The notes under the pieces: model-generated
What the model saw: the letters and a program-made list of their open reading frames with translations, nothing else
Told to the model about the DNA's origin: nothing
Databases searched by the model: none
From: a virus
Lineage: Duplodnaviria; Caudoviricetes
Virus record (IMG/VR): IMGVR_UViG_2643221936_000002
Location: 1,699-65,698 of that record
Reading direction: 5' to 3' (one strand)
Length of the DNA stretch: 64,000 nt
Position numbers and translations under genes: made by a program
Shown: piece by piece, positions 46,900 through 56,294 of the stretch
Numbering within the stretch: position 1 is the first letter of the stretch
How the letters are laid out: every line of letters starts with the position of its first letter

Positions 46900-47240
46900 T
46901 CTCTTTTGCGGAGCGCGCATTTTCGCTCTCGGTGGTAGGGGAAGACGGTGTTAGCCATCGAGAGCGGATCAAAGGGCTTTTGAAGCGGGCGAGAAAGTCG
47001 GAAAAGATTGCGGAGTACGAGGCCGAACTCGCGTTACCTGAGTTCCCGAAAGACTTGGGGTTCCTCTGGAGTGCGTATAATCGCATCAGACGTCGGAAAT
47101 CGCCGCTACAGAATGGTGCCAGCGCACCGATTGAGTGGCCTGATATCGATGCATTCTGCCGGAACACTGGAATGAAGCTCGACCCTTGGCAGATAGAGGT
47201 TCTTGAAGACCTCGACAATGCTTTCTTGGCGGCAAAGTAG
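46863..47240 (+). CDS. Tail assembly chaperone -1 frameshift extension (gpT-like)
   Basis: The -1 frame is open from 46863: ...FYAALRKDLISFAERAF...PIEWPDIDAF......LDPWQIEVLEDLD. Confidence 0.75.
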   Translation, partial: RDPFYAALRKDLISFAERAFSLSVVGEDGVSHRERIKGLLKRARKSEKIAEYEAELALPEFPKDLGFLWSAYNRIRRRKSPLQNGASAPIEWPDIDAFCRNTGMKLDPWQIEVLEDLDNAFLAAK

Positions 47241-47242
47241 CC

Positions 47243-47554
47243 TCAACAGGGGCTATTCATACCGGTAATGAACATCTCGCTTTTCAGTCCGAAGCGAAAT
47301 GGCTGCGTCCCCGTGTAGCCGCCCATCTCGTTCTTGGCATTCACGAAGCCTCAGACATAATCCTGGTTATCCGGATCTTTATGCAACTTCGTGAGCCTCG
47401 CAGACTCTGGGTCCTTCAGAAAGTCGGGGAGCACTTTGTAGAGGCTCTGCAGCTCGACAGCCGAAATAGCGCCGGCTGACCCATCGGTCACGGTCTGCCC
47501 GTACGACGATGCGGCAGTCAGCAGTGAAAATACAATCGAAAGAACGACGCGCAT
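47243..47554 (-). pseudogene. Secreted moron protein interrupted by in-frame TGA (47351-47353)
   Basis: GGAGG RBS and signal peptide; LKDPESAR...YV*GFVNAKNEMGGYTGTQPF...SPC*; the family motif is CGxVNAKNxxGGYxG. Confidence 0.75.
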
Positions 47555-47608
47555 TTGGACCTCCAGCAACGAAGGGACGATAGCGCACGATCCCGCAAAA
47601 GGTAAGAG

Positions 47609-50600
47609 ATGGCCGAGAGAGTGCAAAAAATCACCGAATTGGTGATCGATGCTTCTGGCGTTGAGGCCGGGATGCGTCGTGCCGAGATAGCATATGAGCA
47701 TCTCGGCGATCGTGCGGCAGCCGCAACTGCGAAGGCTACTGCGTCGTTCGAACGTCAGCAGCAGATATTTTCGTCCAAGCTCCCCCAATCCATTGACCGC
47801 GTTGCTGATGCCTTCGACAATCTTCGTGCCAAAGGTGATCCAGTTGTAACAGCGCAAATCCGCCTCGAGCGGGAGATGACGCGCTCGCTCGATGTCATCA
47901 ATCGCGCCGTGTTGACGGGCGTGGCTACCGAAGAACAGGCGACCGCTGAATTGTCGCGGATTCGGACGCGGCAGATCGCCGAACTGGACGGCGTGCGGCT
48001 TGCTCACGATGCGGTCGCCGCTGCTGCGAAACGTCAGGCTGCGGAATATGCCCAGCTCGCCGCAGCAGCGCGGCAGTCGCAGGTGGCGGATCGTACTCAA
48101 ACGGCATTCAACAGCCAGTTGGGTATCGTCGCTCCACAGACTGGCGATGCCCGCGCATCGGCTTCCGTATTCGAGGAACAGTTCCGTGAAATGGAAGCCG
48201 CAGCCCGCCGCGCTGAGGAAATTTCCATGCTGCGCTCGCAGCAGAGCGGCGCCAACTTTGCCCAAGACCTGAACGGCCGGTTTGGTATCGGTCAACAGGC
48301 GATCTCGGCCCGTGCATCGGCTTCCGCGTTCGAGGAGGCTGCACGCGAAGCCGATGACCTCGCTGCCAAGGTTGCTTCGTTGCGGGCGGAGATCAATCCG
48401 ACGCAAGCCGCCCAGGACCGACTGAACGCCGAGCTTGAGCAGTACAGCCTGCTGGCTGAAAGGGCCGGTCTGAGCGCGAAGGAGCTGGCGCAGGCGCAGG
48501 CTCTGGCGCGAGCGCGGTTTGACGCTTCGGTTCCGGGTCAAGGCGGGGCGAACGATAATAGCGGCCAGTCCCGCCGTCAGAACCTTATTTATCAAGGATT
48601 CGATATCGGCCAGGGCTTTGCCGGCGGGATGCCTGTGGGCATGATCGCTGCGCAGCAACTGCCGCAGATTGCTCAAAACTACGTCGGACAAGGCGGGTTA
48701 AGGGCGGCGGCAAGTGACATTGCTACTCTCGCGACCGGTGCTCTAGCTGCGATAGGTCCTGTCGGCATCGCGTTCGGTGTCGCTGGTAGCGCTGCGCTGG
48801 CTTATTATGCCCTTAATAAGAGAGAAACCAAGACGACTGAGGATCTGCTAAAGGAACACCAGGAAAGCATTCGCAGCGTGGGCGCTCTTTGGGGTGACGC
48901 GGCCGAGCAGCGAAGCCGGTACGGTCGTTCAAGCACTGACACTGTCACGTTGGGGCTGGATAACAGCATCACCGCGTTGACGAAACGGCTCCGCGAGAAC
49001 GTCGAGAGTGGGGATGTCGGGGCTGGTATTTCGTCAGCCATCAATCTCAACAGAGATGCAACTGGACTGAACGGGCGGCAGTTCCGAGAATCTAGTTTCT
49101 TCAAAGTTCTGCAACTGGATTTCGACGCGCTCCATAAGGCAACCGTCGCTGGGAAGCCGGATATTCTCGGTTTGATCGGACGCTTGCAGGATATCCGCCG
49201 CACGTCCAATAATTCGGGCATTCGCGAGATGGCGGATGATGCTATCGCCGCGCTCAAGCCATTCCGCGACCTTGCGGAAGCCCTTCGCGACGTTGAGATG
49301 GATCGTCGCCGCCTGTTCGATGACCGGGGGCCGAACGGAAGACTTCTGTCTCGCGGAACGACAAACTCGGCAGATGCGGGGAATCTCTCCCTGTTTGAAG
49401 CCCGTGAACGTATTGCTCAAGAACGCAGCCAAGCCGCACTTGACGCGCAGATCGCATCTCTCAATGCACGTTCACCGCAACAGAAGGCAGATGCTGCCCG
49501 CCAAGCCGCCGCTGCGCAATACAACGACAATGAAACAGCTGCTGCCCGCCGCCTTCGTATTCAGCAAGAGGGGACTCTTGCACTGGCGCAAGCTGAAAAG
49601 ACACTTGCCGATGCCCGCGAGGCGCGGTCGGTCCGCCTTTCGAGGATCGTCACTGACCAGCAGCTTGAAATCCAGCTTGTAGGCAAGACCGCCGGCGAGG
49701 CCGCAACTCTTCGGCGCGAATATGAACTGCTCAACCAGTTGAAGGACGAAGCGCGCCAGAACGGCGGGATTGTCGATCCGGATGAAGTGGCGCGAATTCG
49801 CGGCGCGGCCTCTCAAGTTGGCAGGCTCACCGAGGAGCTTTCCCGCGCTCGCCTCCAGCAAGACGCACGGTTTGAGCGTGAACAGCTTTTCCGGACGAAC
49901 CAGGAGGCTGGAATCGCATCACAGTTGCGCGGCTCCGGCTTGCCGGTCGATCTGGCCAGCCAGGATGCCGCCATGCTTCGTTCGTTGGAGATTCTTCGGG
50001 AGAACAAAGCAGCCTGGGAAGACATCCGCGATGTCGGCCGGTCGGCGATAGACGACATCGTAGACGGTATGTCAAACGGCTTTGAAAACGGTTGGGATAT
50101 CGTCAAGAACATCTTCACGGACATCAACAAGGAGATGCTCAACCTTGCCGTGGCGAACCCGCTCAAGAACGCCCTGTATGGCGACAACCTTCCGACCATG
50201 CAAAGTGTTGGCGGTCTTGGCGGCATATTCTCGGCGCTTACTGGCGGCAAGTTCCCCGGCGCCGACGCGGCGGGCAAGGCGGTCGGCGCAATGTCCGTCA
50301 CGGCTGGCTCTGTTGTGGTCAATGGCGGCGGCATCGCTGATCCGGCGAACGTCTCCCGGATGTTCGCGCCTGCCAACAGCAATGATCCGTTTCAGGCGAT
50401 CATGCGACCGGCTGGTGGCAACATCTCCGCCTACGCCCGCGCAATTCAGTCAATCGAGAGTGGCGGACGATACGATGCGCTTGGACCGATCACCCGCAAC
50501 GGGGACCGCGCCTATGGTGCATATCAGGTCATGGGCAACAACGTCGGCCCGTGGTCGGAAGCAGCTCTTGGTCGGCGGCTCACTGCAAACCAATTCCTGT

Positions 50601-51400
50601 CGGATCGGGGCGCGCAAGACGCGATCTTCAATCATCGTTTCGGTGGCTACGTCGATAAATACGGTCCATCAGGTGCGGCGCAGGCTTGGTTTGGTGGCCC
50701 CGGTTCGGTTGGCAAGGGTGGAGGCTCCGCCGACATCCTTGGCACGACCGGAACCGCATATGTCAACAAGTTCAATAGCGCGCTGGATCGGGTCACGACT
50801 TCTGCGCTCTCCGCGAACCAAGGCCTGGGCACCTTCGGCGGCGGCCTCAACCAGATCGGTAGTGCTCTGTCTCAGTTCCCTGCCGCTCCACAGGGCGGCG
50901 GGGGCGGCGGTGGCGGTCTGTTCGGATGGTTGGGAAGCCTGTTGAGTGGACCTTTCGTCCCGAACGGTGCGCAGGCAACCTTTGCTGCCGGTGGCGGTAT
51001 CGGGCTCTGGTCCGATGGCGGGTTTACAGGCTACGGCGGGAAAAACGATCCTGCCGGCATCGTCCATCGCGGGGAAGTGGTGTGGAGCCAAGCCGACATC
51101 GCGAGAGTAGGCGGCGTTGCAGCGGCTGACGCTATCCGGCGCGGTGGCATTGCCCCGATTTCTCGTCCCGTCGCGACAGGTGGCGGCAGCATCCGCCAAA
51201 CCGTCAACCGCCAGATCAACATCATCAATGCACCGCCCGGCTACTATCCCGAGGTGCAGGAAGAGGAAGACGATGAGGGCAACGAAAAGGTCAATGTGAC
51301 CTTCTCGAAGATGGCCGCGAATGAAGCGCGTCGTCCCGGCTCACCACTGAACAAGCAGTTGAAGAGCATGGGCGCCCGGCAGCCGAGGGTGCGCCGATGA
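47609..51400 (+). CDS. Tape measure protein with C-terminal lytic transglycosylase-like domain
   Basis: Ala-rich helical 1263 aa; QQLPQI motif; AIQSIESGGRY...AYGAYQVM; GGFTG..GKNDPAGIVHRGEVV. Confidence 0.92.
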   Translation: MAERVQKITELVIDASGVEAGMRRAEIAYEHLGDRAAAATAKATASFERQQQIFSSKLPQSIDRVADAFDNLRAKGDPVVTAQIRLEREMTRSLDVINRAVLTGVATEEQATAELSRIRTRQIAELDGVRLAHDAVAAAAKRQAAEYAQLAAAARQSQVADRTQTAFNSQLGIVAPQTGDARASASVFEEQFREMEAAARRAEEISMLRSQQSGANFAQDLNGRFGIGQQAISARASASAFEEAAREADDLAAKVASLRAEINPTQAAQDRLNAELEQYSLLAERAGLSAKELAQAQALARARFDASVPGQGGANDNSGQSRRQNLIYQGFDIGQGFAGGMPVGMIAAQQLPQIAQNYVGQGGLRAAASDIATLATGALAAIGPVGIAFGVAGSAALAYYALNKRETKTTEDLLKEHQESIRSVGALWGDAAEQRSRYGRSSTDTVTLGLDNSITALTKRLRENVESGDVGAGISSAINLNRDATGLNGRQFRESSFFKVLQLDFDALHKATVAGKPDILGLIGRLQDIRRTSNNSGIREMADDAIAALKPFRDLAEALRDVEMDRRRLFDDRGPNGRLLSRGTTNSADAGNLSLFEARERIAQERSQAALDAQIASLNARSPQQKADAARQAAAAQYNDNETAAARRLRIQQEGTLALAQAEKTLADAREARSVRLSRIVTDQQLEIQLVGKTAGEAATLRREYELLNQLKDEARQNGGIVDPDEVARIRGAASQVGRLTEELSRARLQQDARFEREQLFRTNQEAGIASQLRGSGLPVDLASQDAAMLRSLEILRENKAAWEDIRDVGRSAIDDIVDGMSNGFENGWDIVKNIFTDINKEMLNLAVANPLKNALYGDNLPTMQSVGGLGGIFSALTGGKFPGADAAGKAVGAMSVTAGSVVVNGGGIADPANVSRMFAPANSNDPFQAIMRPAGGNISAYARAIQSIESGGRYDALGPITRNGDRAYGAYQVMGNNVGPWSEAALGRRLTANQFLSDRGAQDAIFNHRFGGYVDKYGPSGAAQAWFGGPGSVGKGGGSADILGTTGTAYVNKFNSALDRVTTSALSANQGLGTFGGGLNQIGSALSQFPAAPQGGGGGGGGLFGWLGSLLSGPFVPNGAQATFAAGGGIGLWSDGGFTGYGGKNDPAGIVHRGEVVWSQADIARVGGVAAADAIRRGGIAPISRPVATGGGSIRQTVNRQINIINAPPGYYPEVQEEEDDEGNEKVNVTFSKMAANEARRPGSPLNKQLKSMGARQPRVRR

Positions 51401-51828
51401 CGATACCCGCCTATCCTTCCGAGCTGCCGCCGCCGCTCCGCGCGGACTTCGCCGATCAATCCGGCGAGGGGCGCTCTTTCTTTCGTCCCGACGCCGGGCC
51501 GGCGGTGCCAAGCCTTCGGTTCGCGGCCGTGTCTGATGTCGTGCCTTTTTCGACCCAACTGGAGCGCTGGCAACTCGGTGTCTTCGACAAGTTCTATGAA
51601 GAGACGACGAAGAAGGGCGCCTTGCCGTTCACGATCCCGGCGCCGCTGATCGACGGTTTCGCGATGCTTGATGAGAACCTGGACGTGCTTCTCGACGAGA
51701 ACGATCAGCCGCTACTCTATACCGAGACCATGCTGGTGATGTTTGCTGATCAGGGTCTGCCGGCGCGCAGCCAGATCGACGTCGAGGCGTATCGTGTCAC
51801 GTTTCGCCTTGCACGGTTGCCGTCGTGA
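51397..51828 (+). CDS. Minor tail protein (distal tail/gpM-like)
   Basis: Directly after the tape measure; FDKFYEETTKKGALPF. Confidence 0.7.
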   Translation: MTIPAYPSELPPPLRADFADQSGEGRSFFRPDAGPAVPSLRFAAVSDVVPFSTQLERWQLGVFDKFYEETTKKGALPFTIPAPLIDGFAMLDENLDVLLDENDQPLLYTETMLVMFADQGLPARSQIDVEAYRVTFRLARLPS

Positions 51829-52352
51829 AATATCCGCTGTCGCCTGCCGCAAGCAAGGCTCAGGACGCCGTCGGCTCCGATGATTACGAGGTAGTGCTGA
51901 TCCGCATCCGGCATCCCGACCTCGTCGAGGACATCCTGATTTCGTCGGACCCGAACTCGGTGGTTTCCTATGAGCCCTATATGCGCGGAACGGTGTCGCC
52001 CTGGCTAGCCGAAGAAGGGGAGGAAAACACGTTCCTGTTCATCGGAATCGGTTTTGACCTGCCCGACGATGTTACCGACGCGGCCATGCAGGGCGCTCTC
52101 ATCATCGACGTTCTCGACAGTGAGATCGCGAACATCTTGACGTCAACGATCGAACCGGCGGTGGTGGACATGTGCACGGTCATGCGGTCCAGCCCGGATT
52201 TCATCGAGCGGCAGTTTCTCGGACACCTCATGTCGGGGGCTGAAGGCGATGGCGGCGCGATATCTCTTTCGTTCAACCGCCGCCACGTACTCGAAGAGCC
52301 TTGCCCGGCCGACCGGACAACGAAGGAACGTTTCCCGGGGCTGCATCCGTGA
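51825..52352 (+). CDS. Minor tail protein (DUF1833-like)
   Basis: LIRIRHPDL...EPCPADRTTKERFPGL. Confidence 0.7.
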   Translation: MKYPLSPAASKAQDAVGSDDYEVVLIRIRHPDLVEDILISSDPNSVVSYEPYMRGTVSPWLAEEGEENTFLFIGIGFDLPDDVTDAAMQGALIIDVLDSEIANILTSTIEPAVVDMCTVMRSSPDFIERQFLGHLMSGAEGDGGAISLSFNRRHVLEEPCPADRTTKERFPGLHP

Positions 52353-52756
52353 CGCTGGATTGGTCAGCCCGCTATGTGGGAACGCCCTATCTCGACCATG
52401 GGCGCGGGGCGGACGGTTGCGACTGCTGGGGGCTTGTTCGTCTGGTGCTGGCAACGGAAAGAGGCATTGTCCTTCCCTCCTATGACGAGGTGTCACCGGA
52501 GGAGTTGGCCGAGATCGCGGCGCTGGTTCGCGACGAGGTCGCCGCGGGCACGTGGAGCTTGAGGGACAGGGCAACAGCGCTTGATGTCGCGGTGTTCCGG
52601 CGCGGTCGTTACGACAGCCATGTCGGCGTCATGGTCGATCAACGGCGGATGCTTCACAGCGACAAGTATGCCGGTGGCGCCCGGGTTGAGCGCATAGATT
52701 CGGGGCGTTGGGCCTCGCAGTTCGTTGGTTTTTACCGGCATCGAGATCTGATCTGA
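52349..52756 (+). CDS. NlpC/P60 tail peptidase
   Basis: YVGTPY...GR...GCDCWGLV, HVGV, MLH. Confidence 0.9.
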   Translation: MTLDWSARYVGTPYLDHGRGADGCDCWGLVRLVLATERGIVLPSYDEVSPEELAEIAALVRDEVAAGTWSLRDRATALDVAVFRRGRYDSHVGVMVDQRRMLHSDKYAGGARVERIDSGRWASQFVGFYRHRDLI

Positions 52757-52760
52757 CATC

Positions 52761-55700
52761 ATGAAAAGAAAACTGCTCGACCTTCCGACGCTGGCGCCGG
52801 GGGATGCGCCCGTGCATGTCACGGTCATGCCGATGTTCGACCCGGGCGAGGCGCGCACAAAATTCGTGGTGCCTCACGGCCAGACAGTGGCCCAGATCGT
52901 GGCGGCGGCGTTTCCGGTGGCGTCACCGTCGCTGCTGAAGCGTGTCCGGGTCTCGCTCGTCCGCAATGCCGGCTTCTGTGCCATTGAGCCGGCCGTCTGG
53001 AATATTGTTCGTCCGAAGGCGGACGTTCACGTTGTCGTTCGCGTCGTACCGGCCGGCAAGGCAATGCAAAGCGTTCTTCAGTTGCTTCTCACGGTGGCGG
53101 CTACTGCAATCACTGGACCGGGCGGTCTGGCGCTGCAGGGTTTCTTTCGGACGCTGGCGACGTTCGCGATCGTAACGGCGGGCGGCCTGCTGCTGAACTC
53201 GCTGTTCAAGCCGGAAACGCCATCACAGGACAAGGAAAAGCCGACCTACACGATTTCCGGCTGGCGCAACCAGGCGTCGCCCGATGGCTTCGTGCCTCTG
53301 GTCGCCGGGAAGATGCGCTACGCGCCACGATATGCAGCGGGCACATGGACCGAGATCGTCGGCGACCTGATCTATGTTCGCTCCGCCTTCCTGTGGGGCT
53401 ACGGACCGCTGGCAATCACGAACCTGAAGATCGGCGAAACGCCACTCGACAAGTACGACGAAGAGACGGTCGAAACGCAATACGGCGCCGACGGTGACGT
53501 CCCGTTCACGCTCTACCCCTCACAAGTGATCGAGGAGAGCGTCGGCGCCGAAATCGTGATGGAAGCACCACGTGATGACTATGGCGAGCCAACCGAAGAT
53601 CCAGCCGTTGCAAAGCCGGTCTCCCGATACACCGCGACAGATGCTGCCGAAGCTTGCGTCATTCTGTTTTTTGAAGGCGGTCTGTTCGAGACGGGAAGCG
53701 AAGGCGGACAGTCGTCCAAGCGTGTCGAGATCGAGGTTGCGATGCGCTTGATCGGTGCGCCCGATTTCGATGTCGTCACGACGTTGATCTATGACGAGGA
53801 GAAAACGAAGTCATTCTTCCGGGCATTCCGCTTCACGCTGAAGAACCATGCCGGCGTCGCGACGCGCGGCCGATATGAAATTCAGCTGACGCGCAAGACG
53901 AAGAACGATGACGATGTCGGCGACCAGGACGACGTAAAGTGGTTTGCGCTTCAGTCTTTCCGGCCTGAATCGCCCTTCAACTTCGCCAAGCCGCACGCCA
54001 AGACACTGGCCCGGATTAAGGCCACCAACCAGCTCAACGGCACGCTCGATGCGCTGAATGGTGTCGTGTCGGCCAAGATGCGCGACTGGAACGGTTCGAG
54101 CTGGACGCCTGCCGTCGAGACGCAGAGCCCGGCATCGTTCGCCCTGCATGCGATCACCGGAGATCACTTCGCATATCCTGCAAGCGACGAAGAGATCGAC
54201 TGGCCGGCTTTCGAGGAATGGCACGAACACTGCGAGGATGTCGGGCTCAAATACAACCGGGTTCATGATTTCGAGAACGGCCTCGATGATGTTCTGGCGG
54301 CGGCGGGCGCTGCCGGTCGGGCGGCGGTCTGGTGGGATGGGGAGAAGTGGACGGTCACGATCGACAAACCCCGAACCGTGATCGATGACCATATCAGCGT
54401 TCGCAATGCATCCAATTTCCGCTGGTCGACAAAGTATTTCGAGCCGCCGGATGCGCATCGCGTGACGTTCCTCGATGAGACGAACGACTATCTGGAGGCT
54501 GAGCGCATCGTGCCCTGGCCCGCCGATATACGTTTTGAAACGAAGGCGACGATGGATGCCTACCTGTCTCCGCGCGCGGGAAAGCGGGCCGAGGTCTATG
54601 CCGACCCGACGCCGATCAACAATGGCTATTACAAGAAGGTCGGAGGCGCAGGGTCAAGCAGCTGGGTGTTGAAGCCGATTGACGTCACGGAGGCGCTGGA
54701 GCTGCCGGGGAAAACGAACCCGGACGAAATCTGGATCGAAACGCGCCGACTGCAGTACGAGCGCATCTATCGGAACACGGTCTACACTGCGACGCAGGCG
54801 GGCTCGATCCGTCGGGCCGCGCCTGGCAGCGCGGTCATGCTAGCGCGCGACGTGCTGGTGCGGGCGATGCATTCGGGCCGTGTGACGGCCGTTGCCGGCA
54901 ATCGTATCGAGACAGATTCCGTCTTCAAGATGGAGGAGGGCGTCACATACGGACTGCGCTTCCGTCATTTCGATGATGAAGAGGACACTGAAGGCGTCTC
55001 CGTCCTTCGTACCCTGAAAACCATCCCTGGCGAGAACCGGGCTGTGTCGCTGGTCGGGAGTGGCGAAGTTCCCGTCTACGGGGATCTCGTGCATTTCGGG
55101 CCTATGGCGCAGGAGAGCATCCCGGCGATCGTCGCGGGCATCGAGCGCGGCAACGACAATTCGTCGATTTTGCACATGCTGTCAGCAGCCGACGAGATGC
55201 ACGAGAAGGTCGCAGCCGAGGTGCCGCCGACGTGGAACGGGCGGGTTGGCGCGGACGCGGTCGGATCGAATACGGCGCCGCCGGTGCCCATTGTCACTTC
55301 CGTTCGCAGTGGCATCACGGGAACGGACGACGCCGACGGCCTGATGATCCGGCTTCGTCCGGGTGAAAACAGCCCGGTGATCGTCGATCGTTACGAGGTC
55401 CGCCATCGTGTCTCTGGCGCCGGCTCGTGGTCAACCGCGGCGACGGCCCCGGCATCATCAGGAGTTGTCGATATCCCCGGCTACGCGGCCGGCAATACAG
55501 TCGAATGGCAGCCTCGGTCGGTTTCGAAAGATGGCATTCCTAGTGTTTGGGGCGTGTCCAGAACGACAACGATCGGCGCCGATGATCCAGTCGTGCCAGA
55601 TGCCCTCAATGTCGGCTTGATCGTCGTCAGCGGCGGTCTCGGCAAGGCTGATATCTTCCTGACCGTGCCTGACGATGCGGAGACGACAACGCATGTCAAA

Positions 55701-56279
55701 CTCTACCGAAACACCTCCGGCGTCTTCAGTGAATCCGACGCTACCCTTGCTCCAATCCCTGTCGCGGCCGGAGGCTCTTACAACCGCGTCCTGGGTGATG
55801 CTTCGCGCGTCACCAAACTCACAAATGGTGACTTCTCTGCTGCAGCTCCACCCCCCACAACCGGAGCCGGATGGACAGTAGGCAGTGGCAAGGCCAACCA
55901 CGCGGCCGGAACTGCCGGAACCCTGTCCTGGACGAGCCTGACGCTGACGGTGGGAAAGGTCTACCGCTACAGCTTCTCAATCGACAGCATCAGCGGATCC
56001 AGTGCCGCAGCGTCAGCACGCCTGACCGGCGGCAGCAGCGTCATCGGTCCGAACCATACAGTGACCGGCATTCAGTATGGCGCGTTGACAGCGGTCTCCG
56101 GCAACACCGGATTTGCCATTAACGCCAACACGAACGCGGTCGCTCAGATCGATGGCGTTGCACTCTACGAAGAGACGGCGACCTGTCTTTCGCAAGGCAC
56201 TCATTACGTCTGGCTCCGCCCGATGAACGGCGACACACCGGGGCCACTGGCCGGTCCCTACACCATTCTCGTCACCTGA
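52761..56279 (+). CDS. Tail tip / host specificity protein (gpJ-like, with FN3-like domains)
   Basis: N-terminal gpI-like part, VPLVAG, GRYEIQLTR, EIDW..FEEW..C, VTFLDETNDY. Confidence 0.88.
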   Translation: MKRKLLDLPTLAPGDAPVHVTVMPMFDPGEARTKFVVPHGQTVAQIVAAAFPVASPSLLKRVRVSLVRNAGFCAIEPAVWNIVRPKADVHVVVRVVPAGKAMQSVLQLLLTVAATAITGPGGLALQGFFRTLATFAIVTAGGLLLNSLFKPETPSQDKEKPTYTISGWRNQASPDGFVPLVAGKMRYAPRYAAGTWTEIVGDLIYVRSAFLWGYGPLAITNLKIGETPLDKYDEETVETQYGADGDVPFTLYPSQVIEESVGAEIVMEAPRDDYGEPTEDPAVAKPVSRYTATDAAEACVILFFEGGLFETGSEGGQSSKRVEIEVAMRLIGAPDFDVVTTLIYDEEKTKSFFRAFRFTLKNHAGVATRGRYEIQLTRKTKNDDDVGDQDDVKWFALQSFRPESPFNFAKPHAKTLARIKATNQLNGTLDALNGVVSAKMRDWNGSSWTPAVETQSPASFALHAITGDHFAYPASDEEIDWPAFEEWHEHCEDVGLKYNRVHDFENGLDDVLAAAGAAGRAAVWWDGEKWTVTIDKPRTVIDDHISVRNASNFRWSTKYFEPPDAHRVTFLDETNDYLEAERIVPWPADIRFETKATMDAYLSPRAGKRAEVYADPTPINNGYYKKVGGAGSSSWVLKPIDVTEALELPGKTNPDEIWIETRRLQYERIYRNTVYTATQAGSIRRAAPGSAVMLARDVLVRAMHSGRVTAVAGNRIETDSVFKMEEGVTYGLRFRHFDDEEDTEGVSVLRTLKTIPGENRAVSLVGSGEVPVYGDLVHFGPMAQESIPAIVAGIERGNDNSSILHMLSAADEMHEKVAAEVPPTWNGRVGADAVGSNTAPPVPIVTSVRSGITGTDDADGLMIRLRPGENSPVIVDRYEVRHRVSGAGSWSTAATAPASSGVVDIPGYAAGNTVEWQPRSVSKDGIPSVWGVSRTTTIGADDPVVPDALNVGLIVVSGGLGKADIFLTVPDDAETTTHVKLYRNTSGVFSESDATLAPIPVAAGGSYNRVLGDASRVTKLTNGDFSAAAPPPTTGAGWTVGSGKANHAAGTAGTLSWTSLTLTVGKVYRYSFSIDSISGSSAAASARLTGGSSVIGPNHTVTGIQYGALTAVSGNTGFAINANTNAVAQIDGVALYEETATCLSQGTHYVWLRPMNGDTPGPLAGPYTILVT

Positions 56280-56294
56280 CCCTGAGGGAACCGA

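Noticed and set aside
47555-48691. 446-aa minus-strand ORF
   Set aside because: Mostly antisense to the tape measure gene; only the part from ATG 47554 (GGAGG RBS) looks real.
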